A DNA stretch of 53,863 bases, counting the filler, from Dirinaria sp. TL-2023a (Eukaryota), in assembly GCA_051941275.1 (NCBI GenBank). It is 3 parts of 3 records of this genome, joined end to end, with 100 filler letters (N's around TTAATTAATTAA, not from the genome) between each part and the next. Parts side by side here need not be neighbours in the genome. Positions count along the whole stretch, not along the records: positions 18,030 to 35,900 come from JAVEBF010000409.1; 2 more parts are not named here. The stretch is one strand, 5' to 3'. The position numbers were made by a program, and so were the translations under genes. Shown piece after piece: positions 22,737-34,182 of this stretch; position 1 is the stretch's first letter, and each line of letters opens with the position of its first letter. Below the pieces are notes generated by a model. It worked only from the letters and a program-made list of their open reading frames with translations, was not told where the DNA came from and searched no databases.

Positions 22737-25700
22737 TTATTGAGCTCTACTGTCCAGCGCATCGATGCTCGGGCCGAACAGTTCGTCCTTAGCACCCGCT
22801 TGAGCTTGAATTTGGGCGATCCGAGCTTCTGCAGTAATTTCGGTGCTCTGGGCGTCTTGATCATAGCTGGCTTGTCGCATCAAAGGCGGAGTAACAGGAT
22901 TGCTGTAATGGCTGAGGGACTGATCTTCTTCCTGTAGCTTCAAGCCTTGGAGAGGCGTGTTGTATGGCTCAAGAGGCCGTTTTGATGTAGAGACCTGCCT
23001 CGAGGGGCTGCCTTTGGCTTGCGTGTGCGGCGTCTGTCGCATGTTGGTACTTGGCGGCGTCAGTAGCCCAGACAGGAGACTCTGAGTCGAGGGTGAAGAG
23101 CGCGACGGCGTCTGATCTATGTGACCGTTCGCAATCGCAGAGAGGCTGCTGGATGGCGCTTCACGAGCTTTCCTCCAATTGCCCCAAGCAGCCGCAGCGG
23201 CGAGAGGCAGAGCACTTGGCGACCCGGCAAGATTTGAAATACTCGTCAAAGAAGGGAATGTTTGAGCTCTCGCCGTGGGCCGTTCCCTTTCTTGCTGCTC
23301 CATTTGTAGGTTTGCTCTGAGACGAATAGCTGCATCTCTGACCGTTTCACGATCGTAATTAGGCTGGGACAATGCACCGATAACGTCTTGTAAATCATCA
23401 AGGCGTACACCGAGCAACTCACGAAGCCATGTTATTTCCATGTCTTGGCTTTTGAGTTTCTCGGGAGCCCCGGTATCCACCTGTGAAAGTTCCATCTCAA
23501 GCTGCTCAATGCGCGCCTCACGCTGTTGCAATTGCTCTTGTAGTACCATGATTGATTCCCGAAGGGCTTGAGGGGAGATCTTCTCTGGGATGTTTGTGCC
23601 ATTAGCCAAGGGTAAAGATGCGCGAGACGCGGGTGGTGTAAAGGAAGCCTTTTGAGTCTGTACAGCTTGCACGGCGGAACGAGCAGCTGACTTCGCAATT
23701 TCTAGCTTTTCCTCCAAATGAACGACACGATCAGTGTAATGAGAGATCTTGTCTTCCGCCAAAGCCAACCGCTCTTTCAAATTACTTTCGGCACGAGCCT
23801 TATCCTCGAGTGCATTACCCAACGCTCGCTCATTTTGAGCGCGTAGGTCTGCAATGGTTCGCTCATGGAAGCCATAATGTTCCTGTAACGCTTTGTCACG
23901 GGCCTCTGTAGCTTCGCCAAGCGCCTTCTGACGCGAAGCTGAAGCTTCTTCAAGTATGAGCTCGTGCCTGGCTTTTACGTCGGCAGCATCGGCCGCGGCG
24001 GTATCGACTTGGGATTGTAGCCGCGCAATGACGCTTTCGAGATCTGCTCGCACGATCTTGCCCTGATTTCTGACAGCCTCGATCTCGGCATTCATCGCTG
24101 TCTTCGAGCGCTGGATCTCCAATTTTTCGTTCTCCCTTGCATCGTGACACTCTCGCCCCAACCGGGCGGCCGCCGCCTGATGTTCATGATTCTCGGTTTT
24201 CAGTTGGCCAACGAAGCGTTCAAGCTCAACCTTAGCTTCTTGCAACTGGTCCATGTTCAAACGAGTTCTGATGGCTTCCTTCTCCTGAACCTCTAGCCTG
24301 TCAATCTCGGCTTCTACCCTGTCTCTGATACGGGCTTCGGCTTCGAGCTTTGCGCTGAGCGTCTCTATCTTGGCGCTGTACTCTTCTTCTCTAGCGCGCC
24401 AGACGGACTGTTCTCGAGCGATGTCGTTGGTAGCGAGTGTCATGTCTTCTTGTAGACGTTCAAAACGATTACGGATTGTTTCTCGTCCCTTTATGCTTTC
24501 TTCAATTTCGGCTTTCAGGGAATCAATTGTCCGCTTCAGTCCACTATTCTCGGCCTTGGCTTCTTCAATCTCTTGCCGCCACTGCGTGCTTGATAAGCGG
24601 TACTCTTCAAGGGTACCTTCGAGAGCAGTGTTTTTCTCAGACAAATCGGCTGCACTTTTCTCGAGGCTCTCTTGAACGCCTTCGAGCACGGCCATTCGCC
24701 GAAGGCTCTCATGGCGTTCTTCATGGTAATTGGCAAGGCTGCGCTCTGTTTCTTCTGCTGACTCCCGTTGCTCGGCCGCTTCATGAAGCGCAGAGCGCAG
24801 CAGCCGTTGATTGTCAGCCAACGCGTCCTCTGTAGCTCTTCGCGCTTTCATCTCGTCTTCTGCTCTGGATTCGGCAATCTTGAGCATGCTTTCCAGGCCC
24901 GCAATGTGGAGTTGGCTTTTCTCGGCTGTTGCTGATTGGTGGCTGGACGTGATAGGCCCTGACCTTCCACGAAGCTGCCTCGCGATCGCTTCCTCGACAA
25001 TTGTTTTGATGTCGGGAGATTTGACATCGCCTACTGGCTTTGGCGCGTCTTGCATTGACGCTTTGATCTCCTGGAGAGCGCCCATAACTTCTGCCAGCTG
25101 ATGTGCAGGAGCAAGTTGCTGCTGCGCAGCAGATATCTCCTGAATTGAAGCTTTCAATTTGTCGTAGCCTCGGTCCGCAAAGAGAGACTTGCTCCTTGCT
25201 TGGGATGTACGCTCGTCGTCTTCGTCGTCAGCATCGCTTTGCTCGACCTCTTCAGATAAGCTCCTGCCGCTTCGAGGTCTTCGGCTCGCGGACCTGTTGG
25301 ACAGTACCGCCAGTGAATCTGTGATACCTGCCAGGCTCTTTTCTAGCGGGCCTATATGTTGGCGAACGATGTTGCCCACGACACCATCAATACGGTCATC
25401 AAAGAAGTCGATCCTGGCTCGAAGTTTCGCCTCATCACTTGACGAGAAAGCATTGTCCCAGTCGCTGACAGACCGCGTGCTTGGACTATTCAAATGATGT
25501 ATGTCAGTCTTTGAAGGCCTGTATGATGGACTGAAGCGGGCGTTGCGAGCTACCATCTCCCTCTCTGCAGTATCCGCGCTTTCGGATTCCGTTGGTGGTA
25601 GGTATTGATAAGGCCCATGAAGCCTGTTTGGACTTGGCGATGGAGCATCGCTCCTCAAGCGCACGGGCGAAAGAACTTTATGTGATTTGGAGGGTTCTTG

Positions 25701-28490
25701 TATGTGTGATTCTAAGTCCTTCGCTTGGCTTCGAGATTTACGTGGACTGACGTTCCGCTCGACCCCAAGATCCGAGTCTTCATTATTGAGTTGCTTCATT
25801 ACCGCGTCTATTTCATCGTAGGACGGCTCGACGTAGGTTACGCCGTTGAGGAGAGCGTCGGCCGCGAAGTCTCTGGCGTCAGTGATATCATTCAACTCGA
25901 GAGCTGTTGCGGAATGTGCCGGTCCATCTTCGCTTTCATCGGACGAGGCAGAGGACACCGATTCAGACTCGCACACTCGCCCAATAACCTCTTCAGCGGA
26001 ACAATCCGTGGGAAATGTGTCGGCTGGGAAGTCCCGTATCGCTTCCATCGCAGCGTGGGACAATTCTTCGGCCACTTCTTGCAGCGGTTTGTCCTGCGTA
26101 GATTCGCGCGGTAGCGCAAAGTTAAACTCGGCTGCCTCTTGGACATTATCGAATGCGAAGGGTCCTGGATTAACGTCTCCCCCACCGCCGGACCTTCGAT
26201 CATCGCTCAATTCGGATGTTTCAGAAGCGGGCAATTCGTCGACCATTTCCTTCAATTGATTTGTTGCTGTCTTTAATAGTGTGATCTCATCACTGACGCT
26301 TGCCTTCGAGCTCAGGGAGCTGATAGATCCCGAAGGTTTACGATATGCTGGCATTTGTTGGGTTGGAGTGGGTGGAATAGCGAAACGAGGTACTTCGTCA
26401 CCATCATCATCATGGTGTCTCATGCGCTTTTGGCGACCTTCAGGCTGAGTGATTCTTCCGGACTCGTCCTCTTGACCATCCGCTTCCTCCGGGCTTTCTC
26501 CCTCACCAACCTTGGGCTTGATGATAGGAATTGCTTTTGACCTCTTGGTAGGCTTGATTACTTCGGAGAAATCAATGCTGACGAATATCTTGTTTGTGTC
26601 GCCGTCGGGTGGCTGTGGTGGCATTTGCTTCTCGCTGGAATAGTATCCAGCTTCCTTATGACCAAACTTGAGGGGGTCTGATCTGAAAGTCGGACCAGAC
26701 GAGGAGAAGCTGAATTCTCTGGACGGACCACCTCGACTTTGGAGGCTAGCAGGTACGAAGGGTTGTGCAGCAACATTAAGCCCGGTATGTACAGCTGGCG
26801 CATCTTTAATATTTCTGGTATTCCCCGGAACATTCGTCTTACTGTTCGGTAGCTCCGCAAAAACTTGCCGATTGCCTTGAAAAGCAAATACGCCTGGATT
26901 CGACCGATTGTTGGGCTGGATTTCGAATACTGGAGCTGTAGCATCAAGTTTAGACTCAGAAGCCTTAGTCACGTCTTCTGAAGGAATTTCCGGCGATTTC
27001 GCAGCTTCTAGCGCACCCGTTTGTGCAATAACCCCGTCATGCTTGGGAAGCGTCTCCACGGGACTATCACATGAGCTACCAGTTTGTTGCTTCTCGTCAA
27101 TACTTCCACTCTCAATGCTCCCACTCTCTGATTCAGTACCTCTCCGTACGACATGGATTGGACTACTTGATTCTTCGACAGAGCCTTCTGAACTTGATCT
27201 CAGGTCCACAGCTTCCCGCTGCAACGTCTCGCTTAGATTCAGTCGATGACCGCGAGGTATTGGCGATGCAATTTTAGGCTGGTTGCTGTCCTTGATAGTA
27301 CGAGCGTCATTATCAGAGATATGAGAATTTACTTGGTCCTGCGTAGCAGGCTGGAATATTGGTTGCTGCTGTACCGGTTGCTGGGGAATACTTCGAGCCT
27401 GCAGACGAGCCTGCTGTTCCTGCACTCGTGCAAAGAGTTCGCTGGAGCTTTCAGATACGGCTAGGATGTTATCGGTATGTGAAGCCGCTGAAAAGGGTGT
27501 TAGAGATGCGCCCAAATTGGGTAATGATGGATGAACGACAGGGGACACTCGTCGAGACGGTGGTTGTGAGCTGTACGGTTGCAATGGAGTTGAAGCTCCG
27601 GCAAGTGGAGATGTCTGTTCTGAGAACGGGTAGGACGAAGGGAAGCTACCAATAGGCATTACCGTGGAGTACCTCGGATAGTGAGTGGTACTCGGCTTCA
27701 TGTGCTGATTGGGGCCTTGCGGGGCACCGGAAACTGTTCTAGGAGCGTTGTTCGAATGTAGTGGAGGCTGATGGGACAACGGATGTACGGATGGAACGAC
27801 ATTTGCGCCTAGAGTCGAAGCGATGGTTGGCGATAAAGTCAAAGCTGAGCTTTGAGATGACGCCGTGCGGCTCATTGTCGGCATTGCTGGAGTACTCCTG
27901 GTTGACAGATCCTCGCTGCCGGAGCTCACGCCCAGAGCTCGAAGCTTCTCCTCTTTCAGGCGGTTGACGTAAGTCTCCCAGTCACGACGGTCAGGGATGC
28001 TGACTCGGTAATTGCGATTTCGCCGTTCTTCCTCCGCTTCTTTTGGATCAGGATGGATCGAGGTGGTTTGCCCGTCTATGATTGCTTTGAAGGAGCCTGA
28101 TGGTTCAGAGGAAAGTCTGAAGCCTTCAGTATCGTATCCCCTGTCCTCCCATTGTCGAAGACGCTCGGCTACATCTTCTGAGGTAAGAGGAGTATCTTTT
28201 TGCATGTTCCACCCATCGTCAACAGGGAATGCGATCATGCATGCTTTGCCACGCCACAAAACGCGCTTCTTGGGCCTTTGAAAGGATGACAAGCCCGAAA
28301 TCGACGGCCGGGAAGGCTTTGACGGGGAACCAGAGATATGGGCCGAAGAGTTGATCACGGGTGCTTCCGAAACTGTTCTGTTAAATTGCGGTGGTTGAGG
28401 CGGTAAGGCTTTATCTGTTTCCTCTCGCTTGGAACCGGGCTGTGTTGGTGGGGATGGCACCCTCGCATGTGTTGGTTGTGGGTTGAGCAT
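22737..28490 (-). CDS. 1917-aa intronless protein: disordered N-half with PAM2-like motifs and long C-terminal coiled coil (family often auto-annotated 'myosin class II heavy chain'; no motor domain)
   Basis: Single long ORF with an E/A/R/L/K-rich heptad region at ~aa 1190-1740. No myosin P-loop (GESGAGKT). Confidence 0.88.
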   Translation of the reverse strand: MLNPQPTHARVPSPPTQPGSKREETDKALPPQPPQFNRTVSEAPVINSSAHISGSPSKPSRPSISGLSSFQRPKKRVLWRGKACMIAFPVDDGWNMQKDTPLTSEDVAERLRQWEDRGYDTEGFRLSSEPSGSFKAIIDGQTTSIHPDPKEAEEERRNRNYRVSIPDRRDWETYVNRLKEEKLRALGVSSGSEDLSTRSTPAMPTMSRTASSQSSALTLSPTIASTLGANVVPSVHPLSHQPPLHSNNAPRTVSGAPQGPNQHMKPSTTHYPRYSTVMPIGSFPSSYPFSEQTSPLAGASTPLQPYSSQPPSRRVSPVVHPSLPNLGASLTPFSAASHTDNILAVSESSSELFARVQEQQARLQARSIPQQPVQQQPIFQPATQDQVNSHISDNDARTIKDSNQPKIASPIPRGHRLNLSETLQREAVDLRSSSEGSVEESSSPIHVVRRGTESESGSIESGSIDEKQQTGSSCDSPVETLPKHDGVIAQTGALEAAKSPEIPSEDVTKASESKLDATAPVFEIQPNNRSNPGVFAFQGNRQVFAELPNSKTNVPGNTRNIKDAPAVHTGLNVAAQPFVPASLQSRGGPSREFSFSSSGPTFRSDPLKFGHKEAGYYSSEKQMPPQPPDGDTNKIFVSIDFSEVIKPTKRSKAIPIIKPKVGEGESPEEADGQEDESGRITQPEGRQKRMRHHDDDGDEVPRFAIPPTPTQQMPAYRKPSGSISSLSSKASVSDEITLLKTATNQLKEMVDELPASETSELSDDRRSGGGGDVNPGPFAFDNVQEAAEFNFALPRESTQDKPLQEVAEELSHAAMEAIRDFPADTFPTDCSAEEVIGRVCESESVSSASSDESEDGPAHSATALELNDITDARDFAADALLNGVTYVEPSYDEIDAVMKQLNNEDSDLGVERNVSPRKSRSQAKDLESHIQEPSKSHKVLSPVRLRSDAPSPSPNRLHGPYQYLPPTESESADTAEREMVARNARFSPSYRPSKTDIHHLNSPSTRSVSDWDNAFSSSDEAKLRARIDFFDDRIDGVVGNIVRQHIGPLEKSLAGITDSLAVLSNRSASRRPRSGRSLSEEVEQSDADDEDDERTSQARSKSLFADRGYDKLKASIQEISAAQQQLAPAHQLAEVMGALQEIKASMQDAPKPVGDVKSPDIKTIVEEAIARQLRGRSGPITSSHQSATAEKSQLHIAGLESMLKIAESRAEDEMKARRATEDALADNQRLLRSALHEAAEQRESAEETERSLANYHEERHESLRRMAVLEGVQESLEKSAADLSEKNTALEGTLEEYRLSSTQWRQEIEEAKAENSGLKRTIDSLKAEIEESIKGRETIRNRFERLQEDMTLATNDIAREQSVWRAREEEYSAKIETLSAKLEAEARIRDRVEAEIDRLEVQEKEAIRTRLNMDQLQEAKVELERFVGQLKTENHEHQAAAARLGRECHDARENEKLEIQRSKTAMNAEIEAVRNQGKIVRADLESVIARLQSQVDTAAADAADVKARHELILEEASASRQKALGEATEARDKALQEHYGFHERTIADLRAQNERALGNALEDKARAESNLKERLALAEDKISHYTDRVVHLEEKLEIAKSAARSAVQAVQTQKASFTPPASRASLPLANGTNIPEKISPQALRESIMVLQEQLQQREARIEQLEMELSQVDTGAPEKLKSQDMEITWLRELLGVRLDDLQDVIGALSQPNYDRETVRDAAIRLRANLQMEQQERERPTARAQTFPSLTSISNLAGSPSALPLAAAAAWGNWRKAREAPSSSLSAIANGHIDQTPSRSSPSTQSLLSGLLTPPSTNMRQTPHTQAKGSPSRQVSTSKRPLEPYNTPLQGLKLQEEDQSLSHYSNPVTPPLMRQASYDQDAQSTEITAEARIAQIQAQAGAKDELFGPSIDALDSRAQ

Positions 28491-29943
28491 TGTCGATGAG
28501 TTTCGAAGATAGCGATGCTAGCCCAATGAATGTCCACGAACTGGCGATATCGTCCCTGAAGTTTTTTGATGACCCGAAGACTGCGAGGTCCAAACCAACT
28601 GCGACTGTTATTCAGCCAATCTTGATTGTATCCGAAGTATGATATCTCGACCGGACGTGGACGACTCAAGTTCAGGCTTTGGAGATGTATACGGTGCCCA
28701 GGACTGCGAAGTAAAATCTTGCTATGCACGAGCTTGGCAAGACGCGCAAGTTTATTGTGCCCATCAATGTTCCACTTTTGCCTGATCACGGTGACCTGAT
28801 CGCAAGCGAGAGGCCGTTCCTCCCTCACCGCTGCTGGAGCTTGGCAATCCTAGTATAATCTGCCAGCAGATATGCCCATGGACTTAATGCAGAGCGCGCT
28901 TCTTGATCTATTATGTCAAAGAAACGGATTGGAAGCCCGCTTGTCTTGAGTTGCTGCGGTAGACGTGGTATGAGGACGACGATGGTGTTGTCTTGGCAAG
29001 AGTGCTGTTCACGGGCTTACGGACGCGCGATTATTCCTGACCCGTCTTTGGCCGAGGTTGGGGTCAGGGCGCGAAACGTGTTGTGCCCGCAGTGCTCTGA
29101 CGCCGTTTAGGAGGAGATCGGTGGGCTCGCCGAATCATGGGATGCTGAGCCTACCCTGGATGAAGACCACCTTAACATGAGCGTCCGATGCCGAGTCCAG
29201 GTATAGGAGACTAACCGTGGAACCCGACCGCAGATTCACTGTACTCAAGTGGCCGGATGTTCACAGGCGGTAGCTAGTTCAAAGGAGGAAAACTCAACGA
29301 ACGCGGTTCTTCGGGAGTCATGACAACAAATGAAAAAGGCAGAAGGAATGTGTTGTTCAATGGTCAATGAAGAAACCCTCGTGAGCCATTGGTATATTGC
29401 TCGATGATGTAGGTTCGATCCGATTGCCAGTGAGGAATTTGGTGGAAATGCAAGTGGGATAAAGTCATGTAATGTACTGTACTTCTACTGTACGAGTACA
29501 GGTACGTTGTAACGGCGTCGCGTCAGTGGTTCCGTCAGGCTACAGATGCTCTTTTACCCCTGTTTCCCGGTTTCCCTGTTTACCCGTCACCCGAACTAAG
29601 ACCGGAGAAAGAAAGTTCCATCGGCGAAATTGCCACGTGATGTGAAATTACCCGAGACTCCAACCATTCGTATTGGCTACTAATAACAAAATAAATTTCA
29701 CTGATATTCTGACAGCGTGCGAGTTTCAAGGAAAGACGAATTAAAGCAGTGTTATTCCAGTGAGCAAGCATGAGAAGCAATGACAGCTGGCATTATATAT
29801 ATATATATGTCCATTCTTATACATTACTTACAAACGAGTCCGTGGGCAATATCTACACTAGAAATATGGGTATATACGAACGATTTTCAGCCTCCAGAAG
29901 ATGCCATTCCTGATTCGTGAGGCGTCGTCCTCCCGCCGCGCCG

Positions 29944-32900
29944 TTACAGCATCATCCAAAATACCACTCCACCCATTACTATGCCCAGCACAGCCCAACC
30001 AATCTCTCTTGCGCTCGCTCCCCCCTCAAACGGCTGAGCGGAACTTCCGTTTCCAGCGCTTGACGTCGGCGAACCGAATCCACCCATGATCAAGCCACCT
30101 AAACCGGTACTGGTGCTCTCCAGCGGGATCGTACTCGTGCCCACCACAAGCCCAGCGGTGGGATTCAGCGATACGGGTGTGCCGCTGATTGTCACGCCCG
30201 CTCCACCGGCGACGAGGGTCGTGCTGCCGATGGCGAAAGCAGATGGATTGGGGGTGAAGACTTGACCGCCCACGGTGAGGGTGGTGTGGATGTCGGTTTC
30301 GGTGCCCTCCAGCGGGATCGTACTCGTCCCCACCACTACTCCGGCTGTCGGGTTGAGGGACACAGGTGTACCGCTTATCGTTACGGCGGGTCCGCCTGCG
30401 AGGATGGTCGTGCTGCCGATGGCGAAAGCAGATGGACTTGCCGTGAAGACTTGGCCGCCTACGGTGAGTGTGGGGTGGAGGTCCACTTCAGAGCCGCCGA
30501 GAGCGACGGTGCTCGTTCCTATCACGATGGCAGAAGGGCCGACGCTTATAGGTGTATTGGATATGGTAATGGCTGGTCCATTAGGAGTGAGGGTTGTGCC
30601 GTCTACAGAGATGCCGGAGGGAAGAAGGGCGATGGGCTGGTTGGCAATTGTTGCAATTGGTTTAGGGGTGATGGTTGGGAGAGCGAACGTTTTGCTGTTT
30701 ATTACTATATTATTGGACGGGTTGAGGGATATGGACGCTCCGTTAACGACAATGGGCGGCCCGCCCGGCGCAAGCGGGGTGGACCCGATTTGATAACCTG
30801 AGGGATTGGCGAGAATAGTATTCCCTGCGACAGTCGCGACAGGAGATGGTGACTGATTTGGCAAGATGAATGGTTGGGGAGTGGGGGTTTCGATGTGTAC
30901 GGGAGTTCCAGATAAAGTAATGGCTGAGGCGCCTGGAATGACTGTCGAGCCTCCAACTTCGTAACCGCCGGAAGGCGCAGCAACGACGACGTGACCCGCT
31001 ACTGTGGCGATGGTAGATGGTGCAGTTGCTGGGAGCGCGTAAGTGCTGCTGCCAGCGACAAGGCTGCCTTCTGGGTTGATATTGACCGGCGTTCCGGAGA
31101 CTGTTACTGTAGCGCCACCAGGCGCTAGATTTTGGCCGGCAACTTGAAATCCTGAGCCGGTTGGGTTGGCGACCACGGTTTGGCCGGCTATGACAGGGGC
31201 TGGATGGGCGGTCGTCTGAGGTAGTTGGAAGGTACTGCTGCCGATGATAAGGTTCGGTTGCCCTAACGAGGATGGAGAATTGGAGTCGTCCGCTCCATTC
31301 GGAGAACCTTTAGCGCCTGGATTTGCTGGTGCGTCTGGACTTGCCGGCGATTGATCTGACGAGGATTGACCAGATTGAGACTGTCCAGAACCAGATTGAC
31401 CTGATTGACCTGATTGACCTGATTGAGATTGACCACCAGATTGCGATTGTCCAGGATCAGATTGACCGGGGTGACCGGATTGGGGTTGGTCACCAGATTG
31501 GGACTGGCCATCGGACTGAGACTGACCGCCAGATTGTGACTGACCAGAACCGGACTGGGACTGATTGGGATCGGTCTGACCCTGTTGGCCCTGGCCTTGA
31601 CCTCCGGAACCATGGCTTGGCGCAGGCTGAGCTGGTCCTTGTTGACCACCTTGCTGGATGCTTTGAGGGTGCGAATCCCATGGTGCAGCTCCAACTGAAA
31701 TCCTGGCCCCACCAACGATCGAAGGCTGGACTGGAGATGCAGCATTTGGAGCCCCATTATCAGAACCAGACCCTTTGCCGGAATCCGCATTTGGATCACT
31801 CGGATCACCTGACTTTGGATCCGCTGCTTTTGGATCGCTTGCTTTGGGATCGCTTGCTTTGGGAGCCCCTTGGTTCGGACTCGCGTTCTGAGAGTTCTTC
31901 GGCTTGGGGTCCACTGTCAACGGGTCATTTGGCCCCATGCCTACTATATTTGGATCCGCTGCAGGGGTAATTATAGCGGGATTGGGATTTGGCTGGGTCG
32001 GTTTTGCAACCGCTGGAGCCGACTGCCCAGGACTGGCTGCTGGGTCGTTGGTCGCTGAGGCTGCGGCTGGCGTAACAGCATCGGGCGCCATTCCACTGAC
32101 TCTGACAAGCGATCTTGGGGGATCCAAGCCTGTAAAGAACTCGGCGTCGGTGCAATCGACCCAAAGCGGATCGATACTTCGAACTTTGTCTGGCAATGCT
32201 AGAAGCGGCCTGTAGGGCTCTCCAGGTGCAGGTTTGTACCAATCGTCTTCCATAATGCTCCTCGGAGGACATGGGAAATCCTTTGTATCAAGTGGCTTTG
32301 TTGTCCAGGGCATTTGGGTGAAATAGCCAATCCAGTCGTGACCCTGAAGGGTGGAGAGTTCAGAAGGATCAAATGCAATAGTCGTTTTGTCGATTGCACC
32401 TATGCCTCTTGCACCACAACTATCCGTTGCACTCAGTGAATAGAATGCAACGTATATTGATGGAGATGTAAAGGTAGAGCCGTCTACGACTGCGGTACTT
32501 GCAAGCGCAGCACCGTTCACAGCCGCGGTGTTGTTCGAGGTTCCTCTCAAGATGGTACGTACTCGAGGCTTAAGTGTCACCATTGGCGAAGAAGGCCGGA
32601 GACTACTTTGCACTGAAGGTGGAGGCTGTGCTGAGGTGATTGGAGTGGCGGAAGTATCGGAAACCAGCCATGGATTTTGCATCGGTCGTTTGACGCCAAC
32701 ACCATTGATAGTCACTATCTCTGCTGTAGTTTTGGTACCGACATAAATATCCAGGGGATTTGTTATGGTGCCTGTGATTGTATCAAAAATTAGCAAGAGC
32801 TTTTCCTGAAACGATCAGGTTTTCTTTTGGAAGATCGAAGAGATTGAACTGTTCACATACCCCAATATACCACACCATCCTGGGCGGTCTTGGCACCAGC

Positions 32901-34182
32901 CATAGGTGGTATATCGCTGTAGTTGCCAATGATACTGAGGCACGAGGTATCAGCTTCTGGATCCTGCCTGCAAAAAGATTGATGTCAGTACGCCGTTCTT
33001 AAGGAACAAAAGGAGTGCGATGATCGGAGTAAAGACGAGACGTGCGCTGGACGTCTGGAAAGCGTACCAGTAGTATACATCAACGTTTGGCCCATGAATG
33101 AAACACTCCCCGCAACAGGAGTCACTTTTATCATAGCCACGGGATAGCATGGTGGAGGTGGTAGTGACGACTTTCGTGACATCTGAAATGGTTGTGGACG
33201 GGTAAAGCCTCGATTGTTGCACTGCATCAAATGATGAAGCCAATAAGAAACAAGCAGGCTGTCTCATCCAACTTTTGACCGTAGAGCTAAGAGCCGATGA
33301 AGCTGGATCAAGGAGGCTACTAGTGCATCTATATTTTCCTCTGGCATCCACACCAGTTGTCTCGTCTGGTCCGAAGCAAGGATCACTGAGCAGCACATTC
33401 TGGAGGCTGTCTCTCGGATAGGTTTCGTTGAAAAATATTGCTGCTGCTTGCTGCAACGTAAGATTACTGGAGCAGTTGGGGTCCCACAAAATGCATTCAT
33501 TCAGAGGGATGACAGCTGGTGTGTAAGCTGCAATGGATGCATTCTGCTCTGCCTTAAGGTACATGGCCGCCATGACCGAGTCAGGATCGCTTCCAGGTGC
33601 AGTGATTACTGCTTGAGTTGTCGTCGGCTTCGCTGAACCATTTGTCTGGGATGACATGGTTGTGGATACAACGCCTGTCTGGATGGGGGAGACCTGCGCT
33701 GACGCGCTTGAAGAGCCATAGGACGAGATCGGACCTGAGGTTGATGTATGGTTTGCGGCACGAGATGCGGTACCACTTGCGTCCGGGGTATTAAAGATAA
33801 CCGAAGTGAGTGTCGTAGGGCCTTTCAGAGTCACTGTATCCCAAGAAAGAAACTTTTTCTGCACCTCCGCGACCAAAGTCTTGCCAGGAGCAGCCTTCGC
33901 GGTCACGGTCCATGATCCTGCTATTAAATTGGATCCGTCGGGTGTAAGTCTCGTCGTGGAAAGACTAGAGGACCCACTCGCGCTCGGAGAAGATGATGTT
34001 GGTGCAGCTGCGGAAGAAATGTAAGCATATATCTGAGCTCGAACATATTATCGAAATCACATGTGAACATAGGGCATGTTGTCTTGTATCTGGCTGTTCA
34101 GAGATAGACTGTACTAACCATCGCTAAAACCTGAGCCCCAAACAAACAGCAACGCCAAACAAGCAATGAAGGAAATTGACAT
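29944..34182 (-). CDS. Large secreted, probably GPI-anchored, Ser/Thr/Gly/Pro-rich repeat cell-surface protein (~4 exons)
   Basis: Signal peptide MSISFIACLALLFVWAQVLA at 34182. ORFs 33906-32950 and 32796-29944 are linked through GT-AG introns (...CCGECFIHGPNVDVYYW|QDPEADTSCLSIIG...YWG|). Cys-containing domain, G/Q/S repeats, beta-rich repeats and a hydrophobic C-terminus WAVLGIVMGGVVFWMML. Confidence 0.82.
30110..30490 (-). repeat. 189-bp (63-aa) tandem duplication within the surface protein
   Basis: cagcgggatcgtactcgt at 30121 and 30310. Unit TLTVGGQVFTxxPSAFAIGSTTxxAGGxxVTISGTPVSLNPTAGxVVGTSTIPLE; more diverged copies extend to ~31250. Confidence 0.9.
31350..31870 (-). repeat. Coding short repeats (GQS/GQSQSG, 9/18 bp; DPKAS, 15 bp)
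   Basis: gattgacct runs at ~31393-31425 and gcttttggatc/gctttgggatc repeats at 31815-31865. Confidence 0.85.

Noticed and set aside
23051..28281. Numerous plus-strand ORFs
   Set aside because: Antisense shadows of the 1917-aa gene; the same applies to ORFs overlapping the other real genes.
22737..28490. True myosin heavy chain
   Set aside because: No motor-domain P-loop or IQ motifs; only coiled-coil similarity.
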